This document shows, piece by piece, positions 19,810-29,559 of a stretch of DNA of 64,000 nt. The notes beneath the pieces were generated by a model that was given only the letters and a program-made list of their open reading frames with translations, was not told the origin of the DNA and searched no databases. A program made the translations under genes and the position numbers. Position 1 is the stretch's first letter. Each line of letters starts with the position of its first letter. This DNA comes from Myxococcota bacterium (GTDB lineage Bacteria > Myxococcota > JACRCW01): NCBI GenBank assembly GCA_040752415.1, contig JBFMGU010000019.1, forward strand, positions 1 through 64,000, given 5' to 3'.

Positions 19810-20345
19810 ATGGCTGTTGCAGCCAACCAGATTCACCACCGCACCGTGGCGGCCTTTCGCGCGGCGCAAGTCAACCCGCAGATCGCCAAGTACATGCAGC
19901 CGGAACTGAAGGAGAAGCTGGACAACCTGGCCCGTCGCCTCATCCCGCTCCTCGCGGCCGCCGACGACGAGGGCGCGGTCAAGCAGGTGCTCAACGAGTG
20001 CGAGCAGGCGTACATCCAGACCCGTGAAGTCCTGGGGCGCGTCCAGGCCGGCGTGCGGCTCATCTACACCAAGCACCAGGGCGTCATGGCGCGCCTGGAG
20101 CCGCTGCGGCTTGGGGCGGACCCCACGGAGGACGCCATCCACTCACCCACCTCCGACAGGAGATCCCGCAGCTTGCCCGCCCCGCGTTCATGTGGCCCGA
20201 GGACCTGAACCTGGACATCATCGACGCCACCCTCTCCGCGCACCACGCCGCCGAGGAACGGCACGAGGGCGTGATCAAGGCCGTGCGGGGCGCCGCCCAG
20301 GAGCCGCGGGACCTGCGACCCGAGGCCGCCCGGCTCTGGGACAGG
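19810..20345 (+). pseudogene. Frameshifted hypothetical helical protein
   Basis: RBS GGAGG plus ATG at 19810 and host-like codon usage; the protein-like reading shifts frame near 20140-20190 (…PEDLNLDIIDATLSAHH…). Confidence 0.4.
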
Positions 20346-20352
20346 CCTGAAG

Positions 20353-21144
20353 GTGCTGAAGTCGCGCATCCGGCGCGCGGGAATTCCGTCGTCACGGATT
20401 GATGAGAGCATCCTGTTGGCCACCTGGAACGTGCGGGAGCTGGGGAAGAGTCCGCGAGGGAAGGCGTCGTTGCACTACATCGCGGAGATCGTCGGGCAGT
20501 TTGACCTGGTGGCGCTGGTGGAGGTCCGCGACAACCTCGCCGACCTGCGCGAGACCCTCGGGTACCTGGGTCCGGCCTGGGACGTGGTCTACTCCGACTT
20601 TGTCACCGACGACGGCGGGAACCACGAGCGCGTGGCCCACGTCTACGACAAGCGCGCCGTGGTCTTCACGGGGCTGGCGTCGGTGGCGGAACCGCGTCGC
20701 GTGAAGCGCAAGAACGGGGAGTACCTGCCCACCACGGCGTGGTGGCGGCGACCGTCCATGGCGTCGTTCCGGTCGGGGAGCTTCGACTTCGTGCTGCTGA
20801 CGTTGCACAGCCGCTGGGGCACCACGACGGGCCGCGCGGCCGAGCTGGAGCGGATTGCGGCCTGGGTCCACGAACGTCGCAACGAGCGACACGTGGAGGA
20901 CAAGGACATCATCGTGCTGGGGGACTTCAACATCCCCGGGCTGCGCAGCCCCCTGTACAAGGCGGTCACCCGACGGGGACTCCAGGTTCCGACGGCGCTG
21001 CTGGGTATCCGCGGGAGCAACCTGGCGCGGGATACACGCCATGACCAGACCCTGCACGACCCCGTGTTCACGCGGAGCTTCGGGGCGCGGGGTGGGGTGC
21101 TGGATTTCCACGTCGGCGCGCACCGCGTGCTGTATCCCGGGTGA
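20353..21144 (+). pseudogene. Endonuclease/exonuclease/phosphatase (EEP) family protein, probably truncated
   Basis: LATWNVRE, DLVALVEV, ERVAHVYD, IIVLGDFNIP motifs; the terminal SDH-P catalytic motif is absent and the ORF stops just before repeat family D. Confidence 0.65.
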
Positions 21145-21156
21145 GGATGAGCAAGC

Positions 21157-21741
21157 GATTCGGCGCGCTGGAGAACCGGCCTGCAATGTAGGGGCTGCCC
21201 GTTGCCGGTAACGCGTGAACGGTGAAGGTGGCCGGCAATGGTCAGCCCCGGGCCGCGCTGTCATGACGACGGAGAACGCCCAGCGCCGCCATGGACCGCG
21301 TCATTCAACGCGACGGAGAAGGGACCAGCAATGCAGGGGCTGCCCGTTGCCGCTAACGCGTGAACGGTGGAAGTGGCCGGCAATGGTCAGCCCCGGGCCG
21401 CGCTGTCACCACGAAGGAAAACGGCCCGCAGCGAGGAACGGATGGCCGCTGGCATTGAAGAAGTGGTCCGAAGCGTCCGAGCGCGGAAGCGAGTTGTGGG
21501 TGAATCGCCCGTGGCGACCCGTACGCGGGAAAACTGTGGGGCCGGTGGCGTGGTCGACCGTATTCCGTCGTCATGACAGCGCGGCCCCGGGGCTGACCAT
21601 TGCCGGCCACTTTCACCGTTCACGCGTTACCGGCCACGGGCAGCCCCTACATTGCAGCCCGGTTCTCCAGCGCGCTGAATCGGTCGGTCCGGTCGCATCG
21701 CGTGCCGTTTTCCGTCGTCATGACGGCGCGGCCCCGGGGCT
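21157..21741. repeat. Cluster of ~100-120-bp repeats (family D): two direct copies, one inverted copy and one partial copy
   Basis: GGGGCTGCCCGTTGCCG..TAACGCGTGAACGGTG..AGTGGCCGGCAATGGTCAGCCCCGGGCCGCGCTGTCA at ~21157-21273 and ~21329-21423; reverse complement at 21565-21681; partial at 21707-21741. Confidence 0.85.
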
Positions 21742-21903
21742 CCATGAACGACTCCGACCGCTCGTCCTCGGCAACGCCAAGCCGCGTGACAGGCTCGAGG
21801 AGGAGATCGTCGGGTACCGCGGGCCCTCAACGAGATTCACAAGAAGCGCATCATTCGAGCAGACCAGGAGGAGTACGACGAGAGCCTCAAGGGGCGCGCC
21901 GGA

Positions 21904-23949
21904 TCATGGAACGGACGTGGTGAAGATCCCGTCGCCGCCCGCGAGGTAGACGGTGCCATCGCCCAGGAAACGGATGCGTGCGAACTCCGGGTTGTCGACC
22001 TCCGTCTCCACCGCCGTCCAACGCCTCCCGCCGTCGCCCGACGCCATCAAGCCGCGGCCCACCAGCGACATCCAGACATGGTGCGCGCCGAGCGGGTCCA
22101 CCGTCAGGGAGAGCACGTCGTCCTCGGGGTCGAAGGTCATGGTCTGGGTCCAGGTGTGTCCTTCATCCTCGCTGATCAGGACGCCTTCGCGCGCGGCGGC
22201 AATGAGCAGGTTGGCCTGCGTGGGATGCGCCACCATCTGCTGCACCTGGCGCGCGGTGTTGACGGCGGTCCAGGTGCGCCCACCGTCCCGGCTCACGTGC
22301 CAACCGTCGTCCACCAGGGTGACGAAGAGCAGCTCGAACTCATGCGGACTGCTCCAGATCCAACGCGCGCGTTTGCTTCCCGGCAGACCCGTGGAGGTGG
22401 GGACCCACGCATTGCCATTGATGGTCTTGTACACCCCGGCGTCCGTCGCGGCGAAGGCGATGAGCGGATTCCGCGCAGCACTTGCAAGCGCGTAGACGAC
22501 GTCGGGCAGGCCGGCGTCACCCTGTTGCCAGGTCTGACCGGAGTTGCTGCTGCGCCACGCCCCCGCGCCCGTGGCCCACACGCTGCCGGGCGACTCGACC
22601 ACGGGGCTCAACACGTTCCGCGCCCCCAGGCCCACCAGGAAGGTTGGCGGCGTGGTGGTGACCGGCGCGAACGTGGTTGAGGTCTGCGCGCGTCGGTGCA
22701 GCCGTCCGTCGGAGGACACCGCCAACACCGTGGTCCCGACGATCTCCATGTCGGTGAGGGGCATGATCGGCAGTCCATGGGACGCGTCCTCCCACGCGGG
22801 ACTCTCGGGTGAGGAGACACGCGTTCCGGCCCAGCTGCTGAGGATGACGGCGTTGGGAGTCAATCCCAGCGCGCCAAGCTCGTGGTCGGGAATCTCCGCG
22901 GGCCAGACCGGCTGCAGATCTCCGTCAAACCGCTGGAAGGAGTCACCGCCGTCGACGGACTTGTACACGCCTTCTCGCGCGGTCCGGGTGAAGACGCTGG
23001 TGCCATCCTCCGTGGGCGTGATCTCCACCACCTCCGCGGTCCCAATCCCCAGCGACGTGGTCCAGTTCTGCCCGTCATCCGTCGACCGGATGATGTCGCC
23101 GTAACGGGTGGCATACACCACGCGCTCCACCAACGGATGAGCCACCACGGGAGGCGCCACGATGTTTGCCACGCTCGTCCACGTCGTCCCGTCATCCGCC
23201 AGCGAGAAGAGCGTCTGGTCGCGCAACACATAGGGCCGTCCCCCCGCCCCCACGGAAATGGCGACGACCGCGCCCCCGGACAACGGCAGCGCGAGCGCAG
23301 TCCACGTCACGCCCCGGTTCGTGCTCTGCCACGCAACGCCACCGGAGTCGCCGAGGAGCAGCACGTCCGGGTCGTCGGGATGACAGGCCAGGCTGGCCAC
23401 GGCACCGCGAAAGCTCTCCGGCAGCGTCACGGTCTCCCACGTGGCGCCACCGTCTCCCGTGGCAACCACGACGTCGGGAGAGAGGACGTGGAAGATGTTG
23501 TCGGCGTTTCCCGCCGCCAGGCAGAAGTCCACGGTCGCCGCGAGAATCCCGGGTGACCCGACGCGCGTCCAGGTGGTGCCATCATCGTCGCTGCGAAAGA
23601 GTCGGTAGCCCGAGGCACTCAACGTGGTGGTGGTGGCGAGCAACACGCCATCCCGCGACGTCCGAATGCGCGTCAACGCGACACCCGGCCAGTAGCCGTC
23701 CGGCGTTGCGGCGCTGAGCGACAACGAGGTGGGCACCGCGGTGACGGGTCCCCACGCGGGGTCATTGTTTCCGCCCGAAGAGGACGACGCGGATGAGCTC
23801 GTCGTGCTCGAGGAACTGCCGGAGCTCGTTGTCGCTTCGCCGGAGTTGCCCGGTGCACAGGCCCAGCTCGCTATGCCGGACGAGAGCACGAACGGGAGCA
23901 GCTGGTAACGCAGGACGGAAACAGGGATCGGGTTGAGTCGCGCTTTCAC
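21904..23949 (-). CDS. BNR/Asp-box repeat beta-propeller lipoprotein (WD40/YVTN/VPS10-like)
   Basis: Repeated S-x-D-x-G-x-T-W boxes (SDDDGTTW, STNRGVTW, STDDGQNW, SRDGGRTW, SEDEGHTW, SGDGGRRW); lipobox-like ASWAC plus Ser-rich linker. Start uncertain (ORF extends to 24105). Confidence 0.8.
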   Translation of the reverse strand: MKARLNPIPVSVLRYQLLPFVLSSGIASWACAPGNSGEATTSSGSSSSTTSSSASSSSGGNNDPAWGPVTAVPTSLSLSAATPDGYWPGVALTRIRTSRDGVLLATTTTLSASGYRLFRSDDDGTTWTRVGSPGILAATVDFCLAAGNADNIFHVLSPDVVVATGDGGATWETVTLPESFRGAVASLACHPDDPDVLLLGDSGGVAWQSTNRGVTWTALALPLSGGAVVAISVGAGGRPYVLRDQTLFSLADDGTTWTSVANIVAPPVVAHPLVERVVYATRYGDIIRSTDDGQNWTTSLGIGTAEVVEITPTEDGTSVFTRTAREGVYKSVDGGDSFQRFDGDLQPVWPAEIPDHELGALGLTPNAVILSSWAGTRVSSPESPAWEDASHGLPIMPLTDMEIVGTTVLAVSSDGRLHRRAQTSTTFAPVTTTPPTFLVGLGARNVLSPVVESPGSVWATGAGAWRSSNSGQTWQQGDAGLPDVVYALASAARNPLIAFAATDAGVYKTINGNAWVPTSTGLPGSKRARWIWSSPHEFELLFVTLVDDGWHVSRDGGRTWTAVNTARQVQQMVAHPTQANLLIAAAREGVLISEDEGHTWTQTMTFDPEDDVLSLTVDPLGAHHVWMSLVGRGLMASGDGGRRWTAVETEVDNPEFARIRFLGDGTVYLAGGDGIFTTSVP

Positions 23950-24094
23950 GGGTCTGGTCTTTCGTTGGTCTTCGCGGCGGTAGGAAATGTCTGCATGGGA
24001 GACACGGTCCGTCCCGCGCTGGTGTCTGGAGGAGTCGAAGTCGCCTTGTTTCGTCAGTTTGGGTTCAAGAACCCGTCGTGGTGGCGTGGTGGCC

Positions 24095-26128
24095 TCATAC
24101 CTCACGAGCTCGCACGAAACGCGGCCTCACGCGGCGCCGCGCACGATTGCGGGGAACGCCCATCAACAGCAGCGCCACGACCGGGATACCACTTCCCACC
24201 GTGAAGCTTTGGCAGCTCGCCAGGGAATCCGGCCCATCCGCGCCATCATCGTCGGAGGCCCCGTCGGCGCTGGCCTTGGTGCACGGGCTCAGCGGCACGT
24301 TGAAGCGACGCCGCGCGGGCTCAACCCCGTCCGCCTCGACGAGGAGCGTCATCCGGGCAGAGGCCTTGTCGCAGGAAACGCCATTCCGCACCGCGAACGA
24401 GACCGGTCGCAGGCTCTCACGACTGGAACGTTCCGCCATCTGGGCGAAGGGGGCTCCGTCGGAGAGGAGCTGGATGGCGGGGTCCGCGGTTGTCAGTGTC
24501 ACCCAGGGTGTGAGCGCGACGTCTCCGTTGTTGCGCGCCAGCACGTAGATGGAGAGCGCCTTGTCGCGCGGGAGGCCTCCCTCGGCCACGGGTCCCTCCG
24601 CGGAGACGACACGATAGGAGAGCACGGCCAGCGTCCCGGTCGGTTCGCCGCCAGGGCGGGGGCCGGCGTTCGGGCAGTCGGTCACGCGGGTCCAGTTGTC
24701 CGGGTCCGCGTCGGGGTCGCATCTCCAGCACGCATCCACGGAGGTTTGCCCGGCGTTCCAGCATTCACCGTTGATGAAACATCCGTCGTGCGTGGCGCCC
24801 TGGGGAACGCAGCTGCCGCTTTCACACGCGCCGTGGGTGCATTCCACGCCGTCCAGGTCATCACATTCCGTCCCGTTCTCCCGCCACTGCTGCAGGCAGT
24901 ATCCGCGCACGCAGGCCGCGAATGCGCAGGGCACCGTCGGAGCAACGCAGTCCGAGTCCGCCTGGCACGCGGGAGGAGGCGGCGCCGCGGTGGGATCCAC
25001 CAAGGGGCTCAGCGCCAGGACCTGGCTCTGGGCGGGGGAGAACTGCGCGTCCATGGGGATGTTCCCCGGGCTCATGATGTTCGCGTAGTCCTCCGGCTGA
25101 CAGTCGACCAGAGGCGTGCATTCCGCGGTGTCGCTCAGGGAGTCGTGTTCGTCGCCGTCGAACTCGTTGGTGTGTTTGAGGCCCAGGAAATGACCACTCT
25201 CATGGGCCCAGACGATGGCGTCGAGGACCCGCCCTCTCCAGACGATGGCAGGTCCGGCACCCCCGAGACCTTGTGGTCCGCCAAGCCGCGAGATGCCCTC
25301 CGCGCCCGCCAGCTCGCCGACAAAGGCCTCGACGAGCAGGATGTCCAACGCCGCCTTCTCCCCGGCCCGACCGGTAGCCTGCCGGTAGAGCGCCTCCAGC
25401 TCGGCCCCGGAACCGGGTGCGGAGAAACGCGCGTCCAGCGCGCTGTACACGACGTCACCGCGGAAGATCCCGGCCGGCTCGAGGAGCAGGAAGTACCGGG
25501 ACACCAGCTCCTTGAGCACGGGATGGTCCGCCGCGGTTTCGGGTGGAATGCCGAGACCTGGTGGCAGGTGCACGTGCAGCGAGAGGGCACCGGGGCGTCG
25601 CTCCGACAAGATGATTCGCACCTTCACGCGCGTGTCTGGTGGGGCGCCACAGGGTGCCGCGGTCACTGCCACGCAGTGCTCTCCCGGTTTCACCACGCCA
25701 GCGGGCTTGTCGTCGCCGGGGACGGTGGCGACCAGACCGCCAATGCTTCGCCGCGTGGTCGGAACACCCGCTTCCTCGCCGGTGCCGCACTCCACGCCTG
25801 AAACGTGGCGCGCGTCCGGCCCGGAGAGTGCCACCAGGTTCAAGCAGGTATCAGCATGTGTGGTCTCCACCACGACGGAAAACCCGATGCCCGAGTTGGT
25901 TTCGGGCGCCGGAACCGTGAAACGGAGCGGGCCGGAGGAATAGCCGGTCCCCAGCGCTACGTCGGCCAGCTCCAGGACCTGCAGCGGCTTCTGCACGGGA
26001 GGCCCCCAGCCGCCATCTGGCTCCGGGGCGGGAGCGTCTCGGGTACTGGAGTCGGACGAACAAGCCGCGAACGTCAGGGTCATGCAAGAAATTAGTGCGA
26101 CTGCGGGGTGCTTCGTTGCCATTGTCAT
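24095..26128 (-). CDS. Metzincin-type zinc metalloprotease lipoprotein with Cys-rich region and MYXO-CTERM-like tail
   Basis: Lipobox FAAC; HESGHFLGLKH zinc motif plus NIMS Met-turn; Cys-rich segment; C-terminal Cys-hydrophobic-Arg-rich tail. Confidence 0.75.
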   Translation of the reverse strand: MTMATKHPAVALISCMTLTFAACSSDSSTRDAPAPEPDGGWGPPVQKPLQVLELADVALGTGYSSGPLRFTVPAPETNSGIGFSVVVETTHADTCLNLVALSGPDARHVSGVECGTGEEAGVPTTRRSIGGLVATVPGDDKPAGVVKPGEHCVAVTAAPCGAPPDTRVKVRIILSERRPGALSLHVHLPPGLGIPPETAADHPVLKELVSRYFLLLEPAGIFRGDVVYSALDARFSAPGSGAELEALYRQATGRAGEKAALDILLVEAFVGELAGAEGISRLGGPQGLGGAGPAIVWRGRVLDAIVWAHESGHFLGLKHTNEFDGDEHDSLSDTAECTPLVDCQPEDYANIMSPGNIPMDAQFSPAQSQVLALSPLVDPTAAPPPPACQADSDCVAPTVPCAFAACVRGYCLQQWRENGTECDDLDGVECTHGACESGSCVPQGATHDGCFINGECWNAGQTSVDACWRCDPDADPDNWTRVTDCPNAGPRPGGEPTGTLAVLSYRVVSAEGPVAEGGLPRDKALSIYVLARNNGDVALTPWVTLTTADPAIQLLSDGAPFAQMAERSSRESLRPVSFAVRNGVSCDKASARMTLLVEADGVEPARRRFNVPLSPCTKASADGASDDDGADGPDSLASCQSFTVGSGIPVVALLLMGVPRNRARRRVRPRFVRAREV

Positions 26129-26554
26129 GCGCGATGCACCAGACCATCCAACCCCATCCCTTGGCAAACGTTTTCATCGGGTGCCCTCGGTCCAGATCCT
26201 GCCGTTCCCTGGGGTTGGTGTGGGTGTTGCCGCAGGGCAGGGCGGTGCCCGAGGGGCGAAGGGTTGGCGAAGTTTGCGCCTAACTTGACCCTGGGATTCA
26301 CGGCATCTGCACCGCGAAGCGAATGCGAGTTGGGTCAAGCCGGAGTGGGGAGCAACCACGGGCCCATCCCGATGAACCCTGCGATGACGCGCAATTCCCG
26401 CCCCCGACCCGACGCCGCGCCACCTCCAGGCATCCCCCATTTCCTGCTCCTCCTCTCCGCGGGACCGCGCGGACTCCTTCACTCGAGCTCGGGGGAACCG
26501 GGGCGGCACGCAGCCCTCGCCCGGACGGAGACAACGCTTGCCGCGGATCATGAC

Positions 26555-26584
26555 TTGACGCGCATATGAACGTCCGGGTATATA
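26555..26584 (+). promoter_or_regulatory. Putative sigma70 promoter / ArsR operator upstream of arsR
   Basis: TTGACG at 26555-26560 and TATATA at 26579-26584, only a few bases before the ATG (possibly leaderless); ATAT...ATAT inverted half-sites overlap it. Confidence 0.45.
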
Positions 26585-26590
26585 CGGCTC

Positions 26591-26929
26591 ATGGAATCGT
26601 CGTTCGCCATCGTTGCGGAGCCTCACCGGCGGGCCATCTTGAGCCTGCTGCTCTCCTCTGAGCGCTCCGTTGGAGAAATCGAGCGCGAGCTGCGACTGCC
26701 GCAGCCATCCGTCTCCAAGCACCTGCGCGTGTTGCGAGACGCGGGGTTTGTGGAGTCACGCATTGAAGCGCAGCGGCGCCTTTATCGACTGAAACCGGAG
26801 CCACTCATGGAAATCGACGCATGGCTCGCTCCCTTCCGGCGTTTCTGGACAAAGCACGTCGACGCCCTGGAGCGACACCTGGACAAGATGGAGGACGTTC
26901 CCTCCGTGAAAGGAAAGAGGAAGACATGA
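26591..26929 (+). CDS. ArsR/SmtB-family transcriptional regulator
   Basis: FAIVAEPHRRAILSLL...VGEI...QPSVSKHLRVLRDAGFV...QRRLYRL winged HTH. Confidence 0.92.
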   Translation: MESSFAIVAEPHRRAILSLLLSSERSVGEIERELRLPQPSVSKHLRVLRDAGFVESRIEAQRRLYRLKPEPLMEIDAWLAPFRRFWTKHVDALERHLDKMEDVPSVKGKRKT

Positions 26930-27492
26930 GCAACCATGAAGAGTACACGCCGGGCGCCGCTTCAGGCGCCGAGGTCCGAAAAGAAGGTGACAAGTGGACG
27001 CTGATTCTCGTCCGTGATCTCACCCACCCTCCCGCCAAGGTCTGGAAGGCGCTGACGGAGCCGGAGCATCTCCGCGAATGGGCACCGTTCGATGCTGACC
27101 GGAACCTGGGTTCTGTTGGCACCGCCAAGCTCTCGACGGTGGGAACGCCGACGCCGCACGTCACCGAGACCCACGTGAAGCGGGCCGACGCGCCCAAGGT
27201 GCTCGAATTCAATTGGGGCGGACAGGACATCCGCTGGGAGCTGGAGCCGCTGGGAGGTGGCGGCACCCGGCTCACGATTTGGCACAACATCGACCGTGGA
27301 TTCATCTCGATGGGCGCGGCGGGCTGGCACATCTGCTTCGACGTGATGGATCGGTTCCTCGCCGGTCAGCCCATTGGACGCATGGTCGGCCCCGACGCCA
27401 TGAAGGTCGGCGGCTGGCAGCGATTGAATGCCGAGTACGCCAAGCAGTTCGGCGTTGAGCCCCCCTCCTGGCCCTCTTCCCCAAGGAACTGA
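26926..27492 (+). CDS. SRPBCC/AHSA1-family protein
   Basis: ATGA overlap with arsR; RDLTHPPAKVWKALTEPEHLREWAP...LEFNW...GTRLTIWH...AAGWHICFD. Confidence 0.88.
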   Translation: MSNHEEYTPGAASGAEVRKEGDKWTLILVRDLTHPPAKVWKALTEPEHLREWAPFDADRNLGSVGTAKLSTVGTPTPHVTETHVKRADAPKVLEFNWGGQDIRWELEPLGGGGTRLTIWHNIDRGFISMGAAGWHICFDVMDRFLAGQPIGRMVGPDAMKVGGWQRLNAEYAKQFGVEPPSWPSSPRN

Positions 27493-27494
27493 AC

Positions 27495-27878
27495 ATGCCC
27501 CGCTCCAAAGGACTCGTCATCGGCTTCTGGATTGTCACCGCGCTCTTCTGCCTGCAGATAGGCTTCACCGCCTATGCGCAACTACGCCTGCCGCAGGTGG
27601 CGGAGGCATTCACCCACCTTGGCTTCCCCGCCTACTTCCGGGAAGAGCTCTCCTGGGCCAAGTTCCTCGGCGTGGCGCTGCTGCTTGCGCCGGTGCCCGC
27701 GCGGCTCAAGGAGTGGGCCTACGCCGGCTTCGCCATCACCCTCGCCTCTGCGCTCTACGCCCACCTCGCCGTGGGAGATGGCCCGGATGCGTGGGGCTGG
27801 GCTGTGGCCACCGGTGTGCTGTGGGGGCTCTCGTACGTCTTCTGGCGCCGTCTGCAGCCCACGCCGGCAACCGCGTGA
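27495..27878 (+). CDS. DoxX-like membrane protein
   Basis: FTHLGFPAYF...AKFLGVALLL...LKEWAYAGF motif; four TM helices. Confidence 0.88.
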   Translation: MPRSKGLVIGFWIVTALFCLQIGFTAYAQLRLPQVAEAFTHLGFPAYFREELSWAKFLGVALLLAPVPARLKEWAYAGFAITLASALYAHLAVGDGPDAWGWAVATGVLWGLSYVFWRRLQPTPATA

Positions 27879-28057
27879 CCGCGCGGTGAGCACGTGCTTT
27901 TGCGGGGGGGGCGCCTGCAAGATGAGCTCCCGGCGCGCCGCACCCGGGGAACGCGTTCGCACGTTGTTCGGGACCTTCGCTTAGCCGTCCGCGGCGCGAA
28001 ACTGAGGCGTTGCGCACGGGCGCTGCACGGTCAGTTTGGTCACAAAGGCATCAGCTT

Positions 28058-28807
28058 TCACGGAGCTGTCACGGAAAACGCGGGGTCAAAAGTCGCGCAC
28101 GGCTCGTCGGTGTACCCCCGTGGGTTGCATACCACCCGGGTCCGCCCAATCGCGTAGTCGCTCCGGGCGTGGACGTGGCCGTGAACCCACAGGTCCGGCT
28201 GGGTCTCGAGAATCAGGGACTCCAGGTCTGATGCATAAGCACAGTCGGTGAGGGACGGCTGCCCAGACGACAGCGACCGCGCGCTCGGCGCGTGATGGGT
28301 CACGACGACGGTGGGGCCTTGGTGGGGAGTTGTCAGCGTGTTGCGGATGAACGCGCGCGCCTGGTGGTGGAACATGACCGTGGAGTTCGGGGTCAGTCGT
28401 GAGAACCGCGGGCTGACGCGAATCTTCTTGTAATCGTTCATCACGGCACGCGCTTCTCCCATGGCCACCTCCGCCGCGTCCTGTCCCCGCAACAGGAAGT
28501 CCGTCCACAACGCCGCGCCGACGAAGCGGACGCCGTCGATGACCAACGTCTCCCGCTCGAGGAAATGAACCTGCGTGCCCGCGCAAGCCGCGCGCAGCTT
28601 CTCGGTCAGGTGCGGAATGGCTCCCCCGTAATACTCATGGTTTCCCGCCACGTAGATGACGGGCACCTTGAACGTGGCCAACGCCCAGCGGACTCCCTGA
28701 AGCTTCGGTGCGATGTCACCGGCGAGAATCACGACGTCCGCACCGACATCCGGCGGCTCGAATGGGCCGAACTCGAGGTGGATGTCGGACAGGATGTGCA
28801 GCTTCAC
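28058..28807 (-). CDS. Calcineurin-like metallophosphoesterase
   Basis: SDIHLE, LAGDI, GNHEYY, THHAP, WVHGHVH, NPRGY. Confidence 0.92.
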   Translation of the reverse strand: MKLHILSDIHLEFGPFEPPDVGADVVILAGDIAPKLQGVRWALATFKVPVIYVAGNHEYYGGAIPHLTEKLRAACAGTQVHFLERETLVIDGVRFVGAALWTDFLLRGQDAAEVAMGEARAVMNDYKKIRVSPRFSRLTPNSTVMFHHQARAFIRNTLTTPHQGPTVVVTHHAPSARSLSSGQPSLTDCAYASDLESLILETQPDLWVHGHVHARSDYAIGRTRVVCNPRGYTDEPCATFDPAFSVTAP

Positions 28808-28830
28808 GGCGGCCCTCAGGTCACCGAAAG

Positions 28831-29239
28831 CCTACAGCGGTTCTCTGTGGAGTTGGCCGTCGCGGAGGGTGAACCTGGCACCTGCGCCGCGTCCGGTCCT
28901 TGGCCGCGGAATGTCGCGGGGAACGCACCGGCGGCTCAAGCCGCGTCTGGAAAGGCACCAAGCCTTGCCTCGCATCCCGCCTGCCTCACTGGGCCGCGCA
29001 AGGCTCTGCGTTGGCGACATAGGGTGCGTGGCTTGAGAATGTGACGTTCCGGGGCCTCGTCACAAACCTGGATGCTGCGAACCACGTTCCCTCAACGCCA
29101 CCAACGCAGAGCCTTGCGCGGCCCAGTGAGGTAAGCGGGATGCGAGGCAAGGCTTGGTGTTTTTCCAGACGCGGCTTGAGCCGCCGGTGCGTCCCCCCGC
29201 GACGGAACCACGGGCAACCCGAACGGGAACCGCTGTAGG
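28831..29239. repeat. ~410-bp palindromic element, family C
   Basis: Outer IR CCTACAGCGGTTC / GAACCGCTGTAGG; ~90-bp inner arms (28925-29014 vs 29101-29190) are near-perfect reverse complements. Confidence 0.85.
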
Positions 29240-29240
29240 A

Positions 29241-29528
29241 GCTGCGTCGGAACAATCTGCCCACCGGGATTGCGGACGACGTAGGCGGACCACGACCTGG
29301 AGTGCGGCGGGCCCTCGCCGCCCTGGTCAGCGTCGAGCGGTTTGGACAACCGTCAAGGCTCCGCGCGCAACGAGACAACGCCGCGCCCGACATCATTGAG
29401 CCCCAGGGCTGTTCGGCCCGCTGTGAATACGCTTGGCGCTGGCCAGCGCGGCGAGGGCCCGCCGCACTCCAGGTCGTGGCCCGCTCACGGCGTCAGCAAT
29501 CCCGCTGCGCATCCTGTTCTGACGCAGC
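29241..29528. repeat. ~290-bp palindromic element, family B
   Basis: Ends GCTGCGTCGGAACA / TGTTCTGACGCAGC; inner arms CCACGACCTGGAGTGCGGCGGGCCCTCGCCGC and its reverse complement near 29448-29479. Confidence 0.8.
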
Positions 29529-29559
29529 CCAAACGTGTTTCCCAGGAACCGGGCCGCAA

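Noticed and set aside
21215..21949. ORFs within repeat family D (and similar ORFs in 6107-6866 and 28832-29952)
   Set aside because: Translations merely reflect palindromic non-coding repeats or antisense frames.
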